Program-made: the position numbers and the translations under genes
The notes under the pieces: generated by a model
What the model saw: the letters and a program-made list of their open reading frames with translations, nothing else
Databases searched by the model: none
What the model was told of the DNA's origin: nothing
Origin: Octopus sinensis
Taxonomy: Eukaryota
Reading direction: 5' to 3'
Assembly (NCBI RefSeq): GCF_006345805.1
Contig: NC_042997.1
Span: forward strand, 156,240,001-156,304,000
DNA: 64,000 nt
Shown here: positions 49,871 to 63,100 of the stretch, one piece after another
Layout of the letters: every line of letters begins with the position of its first letter
Position numbering within the stretch: the stretch's first letter is position 1

Positions 49871-52727
49871 ATTAATTATTATTCAACTCATTACAGTTCT
49901 GAGTTCAAACCCCACTGAGGTCAACTTTTGGGGGTCAATAAAATAAAGTAGAACTTAGGTACTCGATTGATGTAATTGACTAATACCTTCCTACTCAGCA
50001 TTGGTGGCCTTGTGCCAAAATTTGAAACAATTATTATTATTTATCAGGACCTGACTTTGAGCTAAACTACTACCACTGCTCCTCCTCCTCCTTCTCCTCC
50101 TTCTCCTCTTCCTACTCCTACTACTACTACAAATAGCGAGATTAAAAAGCGAAAAGGAGTTTAAGGATAACATAGGGCACCTGTACTACAAACTGAATTG
50201 TCATAGATAATACACTTCTTCTGGGGTTTCCTAACAAATCGTTTGTATTAGACTTGAACACATTCTGAAGCTAGTGTGTGGGTGTATATGAGAGAGAGAC
50301 AAAAGAGAGAGGGAGAGAGAGAGAGAGACAAAAAGGGAGAGAGAAAGAGAGAGAGAGAGTATTGAGTGTGCATAAATGGATGTCTGTGTGTGTGTGTGTG
50401 CTTTAAGGAATGCTTTGGCAAATATTCTTCCTAGTTAGATGTTTTTAAAATTTCCTTTGTTTCAGGTTGACAGTGCCCATGATAGTTTTGCTCCTCCTCC
50501 ACCATCCTCTGCTGTGGGATTAAGATATTGTGAGAAGTTACCAGAGTTAAGTCAACACTTCATTTGTTTGAACAACTGAAAGGGTAAGAGGGGAGAAGTG
50601 AGTATAAAATGTAAGCAGTGGAAAAGTTTCTGAAGGAGACAAATGTAAAGAACAATGACAGTACAAATTGTTCAATTTGACAATACTGATATGATAAAGA
50701 TTAGAGGGTTCCAGAATTAGTGACATACATTCATGGTAATTCAGTTAAATCAGTACAATGGGAAAGTGACTTCTGGGTGCAGACGTGGCTGTTGTGTAGT
50801 TAAGATATTCATCTTGTAGGTTGAAGTTAATTAAGGCTGACTTGGGGCTAAATAACTCTTTATAAAATTAGCTCAAGGTCAGCAATTTTTTCTTTTTTTT
50901 TCTTGAGGAGAGGAGGTCAATCAGTTACATTGACACACCGGTTCTTCACTGATCCTTTATAAACCTCGGAGGGATGAAAGGCAAAACTGACTTGAGCAGA
51001 ATTTGAACTCAAATCATAATGAGCTGAAAGAAGTGCCGATAGATAATTTATCTGGTGTGCTAATGATTCTACCAATTTGCCACCTTGACCAGGGACTAAA
51101 TAATGGTTTCGAATTTTGGCACAAGGCTAACAGTTTTTGAAATTAATCTCAAAACTTGACTGGTACTTATTTTATTGGCTCCAAAGGGATGAAAGGCAAA
51201 TTTGACCTCAATTCTAATTCAGAATGTAAAGATGTATGAAATGTCATTAAGCATTTTATCTGATGTGTTAATGATTCTGCCAGCTTGCCACCTTGACCTG
51301 GGACTAAATAATCTTTTCTACTCTATGTACAGGTACCAAAATTTTTGGGGAGGGGACCAGTTGATTAGATTGACCCCAGTACTCAATTGGTATTTAATTT
51401 ATTGACCCTGAAAGGATGAAAGGCAAAGTCGACCTCGGTGGAATTTGAACTCAGAATGTAAAGACAGATGAAATACCGCTAAGCATTTCGCCCGGTGTGC
51501 TAATATTTCTGCCAGCTCGCAGCCTTCCTGGACTAAATAATAGCAACAACAATAATGATCCAATGAAAAGATTCCCCTACATGGTTGCTTAATACGTTAG
51601 AATTAGAAGCTTAATCTCTCTCAAATAACACCTGTTGTCTCAAAAATAGGAAGAATATATTGCATAATGTAATCCTAGATATAATATGCCTGAAAAAAAT
51701 GTCAGAATAGTCGTTGCTGGAATGCCTTCAATCATAAGTCTGCTTAATAAGACCTGATCTAAACTTAAACAACATTTGTGACTCACTTGACCTGCTGAAA
51801 TTAACAACTAGATCTCCCACAAATCACGCACACATTACCATCTTAAAAGAAATACACAGTGAGAAATATTGTCCTAGATACATTACGAATAAGCAGGCAT
51901 TTCCATCCTATAACCTCAGGTCAATCCTAACCCTGTGAGTGAACTTTTGTGGATGGGAACTGAGTGGAAGATTGTGAAATAAATTGTTATTGTCCTTGGA
52001 TTAGCAGATGCAATCTGTCACCCAGTTTAACGCAATACCTGACACATGGGTAACTTTAGCAGAGTTGACTTTTACAAGAATTAAAATCAGGTCTTTTATC
52101 AGAAAATTATTTCCTTCTTTCTTCTCACCATTCTCAGAACATCTGAAAAATGCTATGGACACCTTCCTTCTTTTTTTCTAAACTATCTTTGCAGATTTCA
52201 TCTTTTAGCTGTCTCAGACATGAAACTGAGGCCATGCTGGGGCAATGTCTTGAAGAGTTTTAGTTGAACAAATCAACCTCAGTATTTGTTTTTGATTTGA
52301 TGCCTGGTACTTATTCTATCAGACTCTTTTCCCAAACTAATAAGTTATGGAAGACATAAACAAGCCAAAATTGGTTGTCAGGCAGTGGGAATGAGGGGAA
52401 ACACACACACAGACACACACACACACGTATATATAAGATGGGCTTCCACAAAGTTTTTGTTTACCCAAAATTCCCTCACAAGGCATAGGTTAGTACTAGG
52501 CTATTTGTAGAAGAGACTCATCCAAAATGCTACACAGTGGGACTGAACCTAGAACCACATGATTGCAAAGCAAGTTTCTCAACCACACAGCCATGTCCAG
52601 CACCAAAAAAAAAAACTTTTAAAAAATAAAAAATTTAATTTTAGTTCTTTAACATGAATTGAATGTTATATTGTCTCCTTTGCTCCGTTTTTAAAAGTTA
52701 CATTTCTCTACCAGTGTTGTTGTTTAA

Positions 52728-52952
52728 CCCTTTCCAAGCAAACCCATTCAGGACCACCACCCTTAGTTCTGCGATACAAATTTCCTGTATTAAAGTCATC
52801 TACATTAGATTTCTTTATCAAAATTTCTTGTTAATTTATACTCCAAACACCAGCTTAATAATGGCAAAATTATTTTATTAAATTTTTCATTATTTTCAAA
52901 ATTAATTGAAACAAAGACAGCTTATTTCATTTGAAATATGGTAACAAAAGGG
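52728..52952. mobile_element. TTAA-flanked piggyBac-type MITE
   Basis: TTAA-ccctttc ... aaaaggg-TTAA; 225 bp. Confidence 0.75.
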
Positions 52953-53522
52953 TTAACCTCAGGATCATGTCAAAGAGACTCATAATCAAAAGGTATTTAC
53001 ACAAGAACTGTCTCCTTTTTTTTTTTTTTTTTTTAGTCAGTCATAAAGCATCTAAGAGCACATTCCTCATTATATTCCTTTTAGAGAGAAATAGAAGGCA
53101 GTGACAAGCAGAATTGTTAGCATGTCAAACAAAAATGCCAGGTGTGGCATTTTTTCCAGCATTTTTTTCCATTCTGAGTTCAAATACTGCTGAAGTGAAC
53201 TTTGCCTTTCATCTCTTCAGGGTTGATGAAATAAAGTACCTGCCATGTACTGGGCTCAATGTAATTGACTTGTCACCTTCCCTCAAAATTACTAGTCTTG
53301 AGCCCTGTAATAATAGACCAGTTTCCAGTTCAGTGAGAATGTGATCTGTATCACTTGTATGCTATGGAAACTGAATAACCAGCCTTATATGGGTCATAGT
53401 GTCCAAGAATGAAAGAAAAAATATTTTGTGTGATTTGAGGGAGAGCTAGCTGTTAATTTTAGCAGGCCAGGCAACTATATAGAGATTCACTTGTTGATTA
53501 ATAAGTGTTATTTAGTTCCATA

Positions 53523-53754
53523 AGGCGGTGAACTGGCAGAAACGTTAGCGCACCGGGTGAAATGCTTATTCATATTATGTCTGCCGTTACATTCTGAGTT
53601 CAAATTCTGCCGAGGTCGACTTTGCCTTTCCTCCTTTCAAGGTCGATAAATAAAGTACCAGTTATGCACTGGAGTCGATGTAATCAATTTAATCCTTTTG
53701 TCTGTCCTTGTTTGTCCCCTCTATGTTTAGCCCCTTGTGGACAATGAAGAAATA
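53523..53754 (+). mobile_element. Young SINE family B copy with 14-bp TSD
   Basis: tatttagttccata at 53509-53522 and 53755-53768. Confidence 0.92.
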
Positions 53755-54176
53755 TATTTAGTTCCATATCAGGTCTTATTAAAAAGACCTATTAATCAAA
53801 GACAATCCAACCATGATCATTCTGACTTTTTTAGACACAGCATATCTAGGACTACATTATACAATACAGACTTTCATATTTTGAGATAGGGAGGTGTGAT
53901 TGAAGAGAGAGATTTGGCTGCTATTTCCAGCAGACATAGAAACCACTTAGAGGGATCCTACATTGGCTCATTAGTATTGCTGCTGTTTTTTAGTCTTAGA
54001 TCAGCCTTGAGTGAGTGAGCCTATGTTTCAAACCATTCATGTGTAGCCTTGTTTTTTTTTTGTGAATGTGTGTGTTAATTTTTAACCTAAAATAATATAT
54101 ATATATATATATTTTTTTTACATCTAGTTTCAGCTCACAAGCTGTGGCCATGCTGGGGCACCACCATTCTAATATT

Positions 54177-54298
54177 TTTTTGCGGAGCTTTTAGGTGTTT
54201 TCGCTCAATAAACACACATAACGCCTGGTCTGGGAATCGAAACCGCAATTCTCCGACCGCGAGTCCGCTGCCCTAACCACTGGGCCATTGCGCCTCCC
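54177..54298 (-). mobile_element. tRNA-derived SINE head (young, CpG-rich)
   Basis: ggcgcaatggcccagtggttagggcagcggactcgcggtcgg..ggtttcgattcccagacc followed by the SINE body seen at 25870. Confidence 0.8.
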
Positions 54299-54498
54299 AA
54301 TATTACTTCAGTTTTTAAGACAAAAGAAACAGTTTTACCAGACTTAGAGGCTAAGTTACATGAGAAGACCAGAATTTGGACATAGTGGTTATCAGAGGCA
54401 GGTTCAGATGTATTTTATAGGAGCCCTTTCTTGGTAGCAGAACTATGTTCCTAATACCATTCTTCTGTTAGACAAACTTCAAGCCTTCTCACACATAC

Positions 54499-54534
<36 letters not shown>

Positions 54535-55129
54535 TCTGAGAGAGAGATTACACACATACACCACATAAACACACTCACACATATATATATCTATAAACAT
54601 GTACATATTTATATCAATGAATAAATATACTTTATCTGTATTGTTGTATTTACCATTAGATATATATCTATTAAATATTTGTAATTGTTTGTGTGAGAGT
54701 TGGGATTGGCTGCATTATTGATGACATCACAGAAAGAGAAATACAAGAGAGAACATCATGAAAAGAGAGAACAGACAGGGCAGAGATGAGGGAAAGTTAA
54801 GTAGTGGTATATAAGCAGACAGCAGTAAGAGAAGTGAAAAGGCAAATGAGAGATCAAGCAAATTTTTTTATTCTTTTATTTGTTTCAGTCACTTGACTTC
54901 AGCAAAAAAGAAACATCTTGAGAAACCAAATAGTCTTTCCTTCCTTCAGGCCAAGTTTGAAGAAAATATCTCTTTTGCATCTTACTTTTTTAGTCTCTTA
55001 AATATACTGCATTTTGTGGCATTATTTCAAGCCAGCCAGCTTTTTTTGCTCAAACAGCATGTGCATTTTTCTTGCATACACGTACTATTGATCACAACAG
55101 CTGATGTACTTCCACATACAAATGCACGT

Positions 55130-55305
55130 TCCCATGGCTTTATCGATCGCATTCTCACCTGGAATCGATTTTTGTAATTTTTTCAAGACTTATACACACC
55201 CTGATACTGTCGGTATCTACATATCAAATTTGAGTGCAATCGGATGGAGGATGCCCGAGATCCAAGAAGACACACACACAGACAGAATAGATTTTATATA
55301 AGAGA
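55130..55305 (-). mobile_element. Helitron-like 5' end fragment
   Basis: A|TCTCTTATATAAAA..gtctgtgtgtg..ccgattgcactcaaatttg on the minus strand; no 3' CTAG end located. Confidence 0.6.
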
Positions 55306-55312
55306 TATTGTA

Positions 55313-55859
55313 TCTCTTATTATAAAAGGCAGATTTTATCTGCCTCCCTTTGTAACTTATAGAAATCTACAATATAGGATTTCTTCAATTACAATTTACC
55401 TAGCATTTTTAAGAGTAGAATGCATCGGGTCATGCCCGGTCCAGTTTTTAAAATTTAAACTCCAATTAAGCAAAATTTACAGAAAACTCACATTCTGGTG
55501 TGTATGTCAAATGCTTTTCTTAGTCTGGTTTACAGCACACGCAAACGCACACACACAGTGTGCAACGAATAAAATGAAAGTAAATAGTGACAGAGTGATT
55601 TGAGGAAGACTAAACTGAAAGTATTTAAACCACTACTCAAAAAATAAAAAAACACAGCAAACAGAAACAAATAAATACATAACGATTTACTCCTCACACA
55701 ATTTCTTCAATTAGAGTTTACCTAAGATTTTTCAAAGTACTCCATTCGCTCATGCCATAATATATTTCTTTCAATTTCACCCCCAATTAAGACAAAATTC
55801 GAGAAAACTCAATATTTTAACATTTCACTCCGAAAGCATTGATGTACATGTGTGCGTGC

Positions 55860-55898
<39 letters not shown>

Positions 55899-56812
55899 AT
55901 GGGTTGTGCGACACAGAAAGTGTGGTGTGTAAGTGAAGTGCTTTTGTTAGTGTGTGTAAAGAGACAGACAGAGTGAAAGACAGAAATAACTGAACTTTTT
56001 TTATTCATGCGAGCGTACTTCTAAGCGCACGTAATTGAAAGTTTTCACTATGATATCATCACGTGCGAAAAAATTCGAAGGGTTTTGAACAATTGAGATA
56101 CAGATGTCACGCCTGTATTGAAACCATTGCTAAGCTGCCGTAATTGCTTAATTAAGACTTTGTTTAAATTGAAAGGGGCAAATATGTGACGAGGTTGAAA
56201 AAAAATACCCCAGAAAAAAAAATGTACTGCTGGTATTTATATAATTCACTACTATTTTGCTACAATGTCATGAAAAAGAAAAAATTTAGGTATGTAAATC
56301 GAATTCGCCACCCCCTTTTCCCCGTTCGCGTTTGTGTAAAAAAAATTATTATTTAAGTTTTAAAAATTATTTACTTTGTTCAAAAAATATTAATATTAAT
56401 TAATTTTCAAGAATTGTTTAATTTTATTCTGTAAAATAGTAATTAATTAATTTATCTGTAAATCCGCGAGGTTGTTACTCAGGCACCTAGAATGGTAACC
56501 TTCAACTAACACTATCTCCTCCGAGACCCTGCGGCGCAAGTTGACCAAAATTGAGAGTATGGTAGAAGAAGGGTTGCTCTTCCTTCCGTAGAACATAAAA
56601 TTCAAATCGGACCATGTTAACACCAAAAATTATTTACATCAAAAAGATGCTTTTTTCTATGAAAATCCCTATTTTTTTACGATTTTTTCACTGCTGTGTC
56701 GCCACTTTTCGGTGTATTTCGACCAGAAAAATGTTCACAAAATTTTTACTTTTCAAAATTACAATTCCAGCGGGTCGAAACAAACCCGAGCAACGCCGGG
56801 CGATACTGCTAG
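55313..56812 (+). mobile_element. Non-autonomous Helitron
   Basis: A|TC start; subterminal cccgagcaacgccggg hairpin; CTAG|T end. Confidence 0.88.
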
Positions 56813-56846
56813 TCTCTTATAGATGTGATGTATTAAAAAATATATA

Positions 56847-58021
56847 TCTCTTATTATAAAAGGCAGATTTTATCTGCCTCCCTTTGTAACTTATAGAAAT
56901 CTACAATATAGGATTTCTTCAATTACAATTTACCTAGCATTTTTAAGAGTAGAATGCATCGGGTCATGCCAGGTCCAGTTTTTAAAATTTAAACTCCAAT
57001 TAAGCAAAATTTACAGAAAACTCACATTCTGGTGTGTATGTCAAATGCTTTTCTTAGTCTGGTTTACAGCACACGCAAACGCACACACACAGTGTGCAAC
57101 GAATAAAGTGAAACTAGATGTAATATTTGTTTCTGTCTATCACGCTGATAGATACATGAGTAAAATGTATGGGAAGCTAACAGATAAGAGTGAGTGAAAA
57201 TGTTCTTGGAAGAGAGTAAATTAGCGACAGAGTGATTTGAGGAAGACTAAACTGAAAGTATGAAACAGTGTTTATGTATAAACAGACGACACTTATATAA
57301 ACCCTTTCGTTACCAAACCGCCCGAATTTACCTATTCATATTTAAATGAGAATATCAGAGTAAATCTCTTTAGTACATTCATGAAAACACGTATTATACT
57401 TCGTAAACACTTCAAATACAGTTTTGTACAAAAATCGAAGTGTAATTTTAATTCCGTGAATTATGGGAGATTTTTTTCCGAAATTTGTTCCTATTGTGTT
57501 TTCAAAATTTGTAATTCTGACAAAAAATGGATACGAATTTCATTATATCAAGCAGCGAGTCAGAATTCGAAGGATTTTCTACTGAAGACCTTCATAAATC
57601 TAACTCTATGACTGAAAAAAAAAAGCATCTTTATATAAGAGTGAAGTTGTGTGTCTGTCCCCTTCGATTTAGATTCGTAACTACTCCCACATTTTGCGGT
57701 GCAGTTTAATCAAAAGCGGGTATCTTATAGTCGTGATTCATATCGAGCCCTTCTGGGTATTAGCGCGCGTCTACGATGAGTCTACGATTTAAAAAAAATT
57801 TACCATCATATTTTTCCATTTTAATGCATTTTTTCGCTTTTATATAAGGGAAGTAACTCTCTAAAAATATCTACGATGTGTCAACGATTAAAAAAAAAAA
57901 TTACCTTAATTTTTTTTCAATTTTTAATGCATTTTTTTGCTATTTTTTGGCTATAACTCTCTAAAAATGCTTATATAGTTATTTCCCTTACAATCCGAGC
58001 AACGCCGGGCGATACTGCTAG
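56847..58021 (+). mobile_element. Non-autonomous composite Helitron (second TC start at 57628)
   Basis: First ~260 bp near-identical to 55313 onward; same 3' hairpin and CTAG|T end; different interior. Confidence 0.88.
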
Positions 58022-59351
58022 TATATATATAACACTGTACACCTGTTTAGGCAATGTCAATTTTATGGAGGTAGTGAGCTGATGTACAGCACAAAACATT
58101 TAATTACTATAAACAAACTAGCTGGTCCAGTGCCATCAAAAAAAGACAGCTAATTGTAGTATTTTATATACAAATAAGATACAAAATAATCACAGATACA
58201 AACATTCACATACTTCCCTTGTACACGCACACACATACACACATATACTCACACAGAGTTGAAACACTGTTTGATTTTTCTTTTCAGCATTGCATGTTCA
58301 CAATCCCACATTCATTGCACACGCAAGCACGTGCACACACACACATAATGTGTGTGTGTGTAGAGGAACACTGGGGTGTTAGCATGTATACATCAACCAG
58401 TGGTGAGACATAATGTACACTTTCAAAATAATGTATGGATACATTAAAACAATATGTTGATATACATCTTTTTCTTTTTGACAACCACATACCTACATAT
58501 CTTTTTGATAAGTGCCAATGCACAACTCTCAACCCTTGAGTCACTCTATAATTTCTGCTGGCTAAATAAAAAAAAAATATATAATCATTCTTATAAATGC
58601 CATATAAATAACAGAAACTTGCTGCAGCGGGAAAGAACTCCCATCTGACAAGTGTTTTGGCCCTTATATCTGATACTCTATGGGAGCTGGATCCATCTAG
58701 GTCATGACTCCTAGGTGTCCTCCTGCTGCTTTCCAAAATCCTGTCTCCAGTTGGATTATATATGGAGCCTAGTTCGATTTGTTTTGCTCCGCCTCTGTTC
58801 TGTTTTTGTTTTTTGTTTTTTCCAACGGATTTCCTATTTCTTCCTGAAGAGAAAGACACAATATGGTCTCATTATTCAATCGGATTTTGGTAAATTGTGC
58901 CTTTCGAAGCACGTGTAGAATGAAATAAAACGATTTCTGTTCAATCTTCGTTCAGCTCCATTTCTTCAATTCACCAATAATATATATATATATATATATA
59001 GTATGGCAGGTGTTGCTATGTGGTAAGAAATTTGCTTCTTAACCATGTAGTCCCTGGTTCACTCCACAATGTGGCCAACCAAAGACTTGTGAGTGGATTT
59101 GGTAGGTGGAAACTGAAAGGAGCCCATTCTACATACATACATACATACATATATATATATATCATCATCATCATCATTTAATGTCCACTTTCCATGCTAG
59201 CATGGGTTGGACAATTTGACTGAGGTCTGGCGAACCAGATGACTGCACCAGACTCCAATCTGATCTGGCAGAGTTTCTACAGCTGGATGCCCTTCCTAAT
59301 GCCAACCACTCTGAGAGTGTAGTGGGTGCTTTTACGAGGTTCAGTCAGGCG

Positions 59352-59410
<59 letters not shown>

Positions 59411-59415
59411 ATATA

Positions 59416-60675
59416 CGAGGGACGTTCAATAAGTAATGCCTCTGACCCACTTGCAATTGTTTGAAATTTTGCATGTGCAATCATTTATATCTCTATAGAG
59501 AAAGTGGCAAATTACAGCTCTGAATTAATTGTGGTTTCTGATTTACAGGTGTTTGAACCGAGTCAAGCGTGAAATGGAGCCTGTTGAGTGTCGAGCAGTT
59601 ATCCGGTTTTTGTATTGGAAAGGACGCACGCCACGGGAGACTTTTGATGAACTGAAAGTAACTTATGTTGATGATGCCCCATCATATGACCTTGTAAAAC
59701 GCTGGCATCGTGAATTCAAACATGGTCGGAACTCTGTGGAAACAGCTCCCAGATCTGGTCGCCCCCTTCTGCCATTGATGAGGCTGCCATTTTGGAAGAT
59801 CAACGCATAATTATTCACCAAAAAGCCCATGAGGTCAAGATTAGTACCGGGTCTGTGGAAACTATCATTCATGCCCATTTGCATATGCAAAAGGTGTCTG
59901 CCAGATAGATTCCCAGGTTGCTCACGCCTTTCCAGAAGCAAGAACGCGTCGAGTGCTCGAGGGTGAATTTGGAGATGTGCCAAGAAGATGAGTCAAAATT
60001 TTTCAAAAGACTGATTACACAGGATGAAACCTGGGTCCATCACGATGATCCAGAGCCCAAAGCCCAGTCAATGCAGTGGAAGCACCGTGACTCACCCCCT
60101 CCAAAGAAGGAGAGGGTGCAGCCCTCCGCTGGCCAGGTCATGCTCACAGTCTTCTGGAACCAGGACAGAGTAGTGATGACAGATTTCCTGGCAAAGGGTA
60201 CCACAATTGCAGGAGCCTATTATGCTTCACTTTTGAGGAAATTAAGAGAAGTTATCAAAATCAAGAGGCGGGGCAAGATCAGCAAAGGCATCCTTCTCCT
60301 GCAGGACAACGCTCCGGTCCACAACTCGCTTGTCACCAGATCAGAAACACAGGCGTATGGCTATGAACTCCTCCTCATCCCCCCTACTTTCCTGACCTTG
60401 CACCCTCTGATTTTCACCTCTTCCCAATCATGAAGTTGTTTTTGAAAGGAAAGCGTTTCCCAGATGATGCAGTCTTGATTTCTGAAGTCACATTGAGGTT
60501 GGAGGACCAAGCTGGGTTCTTCTACAAAAACGGTCTCCAGAGCCACATCAAACGATGGGAGAAATGCGTAACTCTGGGTGGTTCCTATGTAGAAAAAGAC
60601 TAATAACTGTGCCAAGTTTCATTGCTCTACTGCTATAGGAAGTGGGTCAGGGGCTTACTTATTGAACGCCCCTCG
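59416..60675 (+). mobile_element. Full-length irritans-type mariner transposon, defective, inserted in (TA)n
   Basis: TA-cgagggacgttcaataagtaa ... ttacttattgaacgcccctcg-TA; 1260 bp. Confidence 0.95.
59574..60603 (+). pseudogene. Mariner transposase pseudogene
   Basis: MEPVECRAVIRFL, RSGRP, LITQDETWVHH, SAGQVMLTVFW, LLQDNAPVH and HPP..PDLAPSDFHLFP motifs with frameshifts. Confidence 0.93.
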
Positions 60676-63038
60676 TATATATATATATATATATTATGTA
60701 TGTGTGCATGTCTTTGTGATTGTGTTTGTTCCCAACCACTGCTTGACAACCAGTGTTGGTGTGTATATTATCCTGTAACTTAGCACTTTAGCAAAAGAGA
60801 CTGAAAGAATAAGTACCAGGCCTCAACTAAAATGCTTCAAGGCAATTCCTCAGCATGTTGCAGTCTAATGAATGAAACAGGGAAAAGATGATACAGACAC
60901 ACACATTTGTGTAAAGATTATTATGGAATTCATCTGGATCCCCCAACTCCATCCCTGCCAAATTTGGTAAAGATTTGCAGGGAAATGGCAATGTTGTCGA
61001 AAACAAATAGACAAAAGTTTCAAGTTTATAAAACACACCTGATCACACACACGCGCGCACACACATACACACACACATACACATACATGCATACACACAC
61101 ATACACATATATACACATACATACACATATATCCACACACACAAGACTATTTGATGTTATTTGATCTAAGTCCTACTGTTAGCTAGATAAGTTTTCATCA
61201 ATCGTCTCATAAAGCCAACATTCGGAGTTATTATTCAGTTAATTGTTAAGAAAAGAAGACAAGAAATTATAACTACTTCAAAGATTCTATATCATATTTC
61301 AAATGAAAACCACATTTAGAAATGTCGTTATTGCCATTTCTAGAAGATATATCTTGAAATTGCATTATCTGACATCTTGAAATGGTTTCCTTCATCTCAA
61401 AGGTTTTTATTTCAGACAAAAAAATATTCTAAGTAGGAACATTTTTCTTATAATTGTTTTACAAAAGACTAAATTGTGCCGATAAATCATTCAATTTTTC
61501 TGATATGGCATGAGAGATGTTGGAAGATCCTTATGCCTTCAATGAAATCTTGTTAGTAATATTTTTTCTTTCATAAGAGAGAAAAAAAACTTTATCAGAT
61601 GAGGGAATGCAACACTCAGATCTTTCAGCTGCATAGATAATTTCTTTTATCAGTGCTACATTCATCAAGTTGGCATAGTTTTTATTGTAGATTTTTTTTA
61701 TACATTTAACACTTCACTGTTCCATAATATCAAATTTAGGTAGCTTAAGTAAATATTTTTTATATTTGACTACCAATTAAAATATGAGGCAAACATATAT
61801 GTATATATGTATGATTTTTCTTTGAGTTCAATTTAGGTTCATTTCGAGAGAGTTCAAGCCAGTTGCTAACAAAGCGACAAGGCTTACTGGGTTAAGAGGG
61901 TTCTTGGTGTTTGTAAATATGTGGTTGAGTTATGTGTTGGTCAAACTGTTGATGCAACACACCCAAGTGTATACATCTATTCTCATAAGAATCTCAAATA
62001 GAGAATTTTTGGAAGATCTTATAAATCTTCACTGGGCCACTAATAGATTGAATTTGGAGAATCCATGTCAGTTTCTTTTGCTTATGTGTGTGTGTGTGGT
62101 GTGTGTGTGTTGGATGGCTGTTGACTCCAATGACTTCATCTGCCCTTTACTCTTTTACTTGTTTCAGTCATTTGACTGCGGTCATGCTGGAGCACCACCT
62201 TTAGTTGAATAAAATCGAGCCCAAGACATATTCAAGACTTATTCTATCTGTCTCTTTTTGCCAAACCGCTAAGTGATGGGGACGTACACACCCCAGCATT
62301 GGTTGTCAAGCGATGGTGGGAGGACAAACACCGACACAAACAACAAACACATACATATAGATATATATACAATGGGCTTCTTTCAGTTTCTGTCTACCAA
62401 ATCCACTCACAAGGCTTTGGTTGGCCCGAGGCTATAGCAGAAGACACTTGCCCAAAGTGCCATGCAGTAGGACTGAACCCGGAACCATAAGGTTGGTAAG
62501 CAAGCTTCTTACCACACAGCCACTCCTTTGATAGATGTTGTTATTTTGACCTACAGAGTGCCTGATGAAAACTATCCTCTTCTCCAGGAGAAGGAAACCT
62601 CTAACATAACACCTGTAACTTTGAATTCAATGATGTAGATGAGTTTGTCTTCCTGTGCAAGTGCATACATTGTTAAAAGGGTGAGATTAACTATGCACAA
62701 AGCCTTTCCTCACTATAAAAATCTTCAGGCACAAGCATCACTTGGTTTTTAACACCTCTATTATGCATTTCATACTATGGCTGGTTGTAATCAAGAAAAG
62801 CAAAACACACAATGAGAAATTCCATGATGGAGTGAAAGCATGCTTTAGTGCAGATGGTAACTCTCTGAGCAACTGCTTCTAGAGGCACCCATCATTGCCA
62901 TATCTGTAAAAAGGAGTGAAAGCCTCAAGTATGATAGAATAGCTACATCTGTGCTGCTTTAAGAAAACAGTCAAGCACTGGTATTACTCAAAACTCAATG
63001 GCAGTCATTATGCATATATACATATATGTGTATGCATG

Positions 63039-63100
<62 letters not shown>

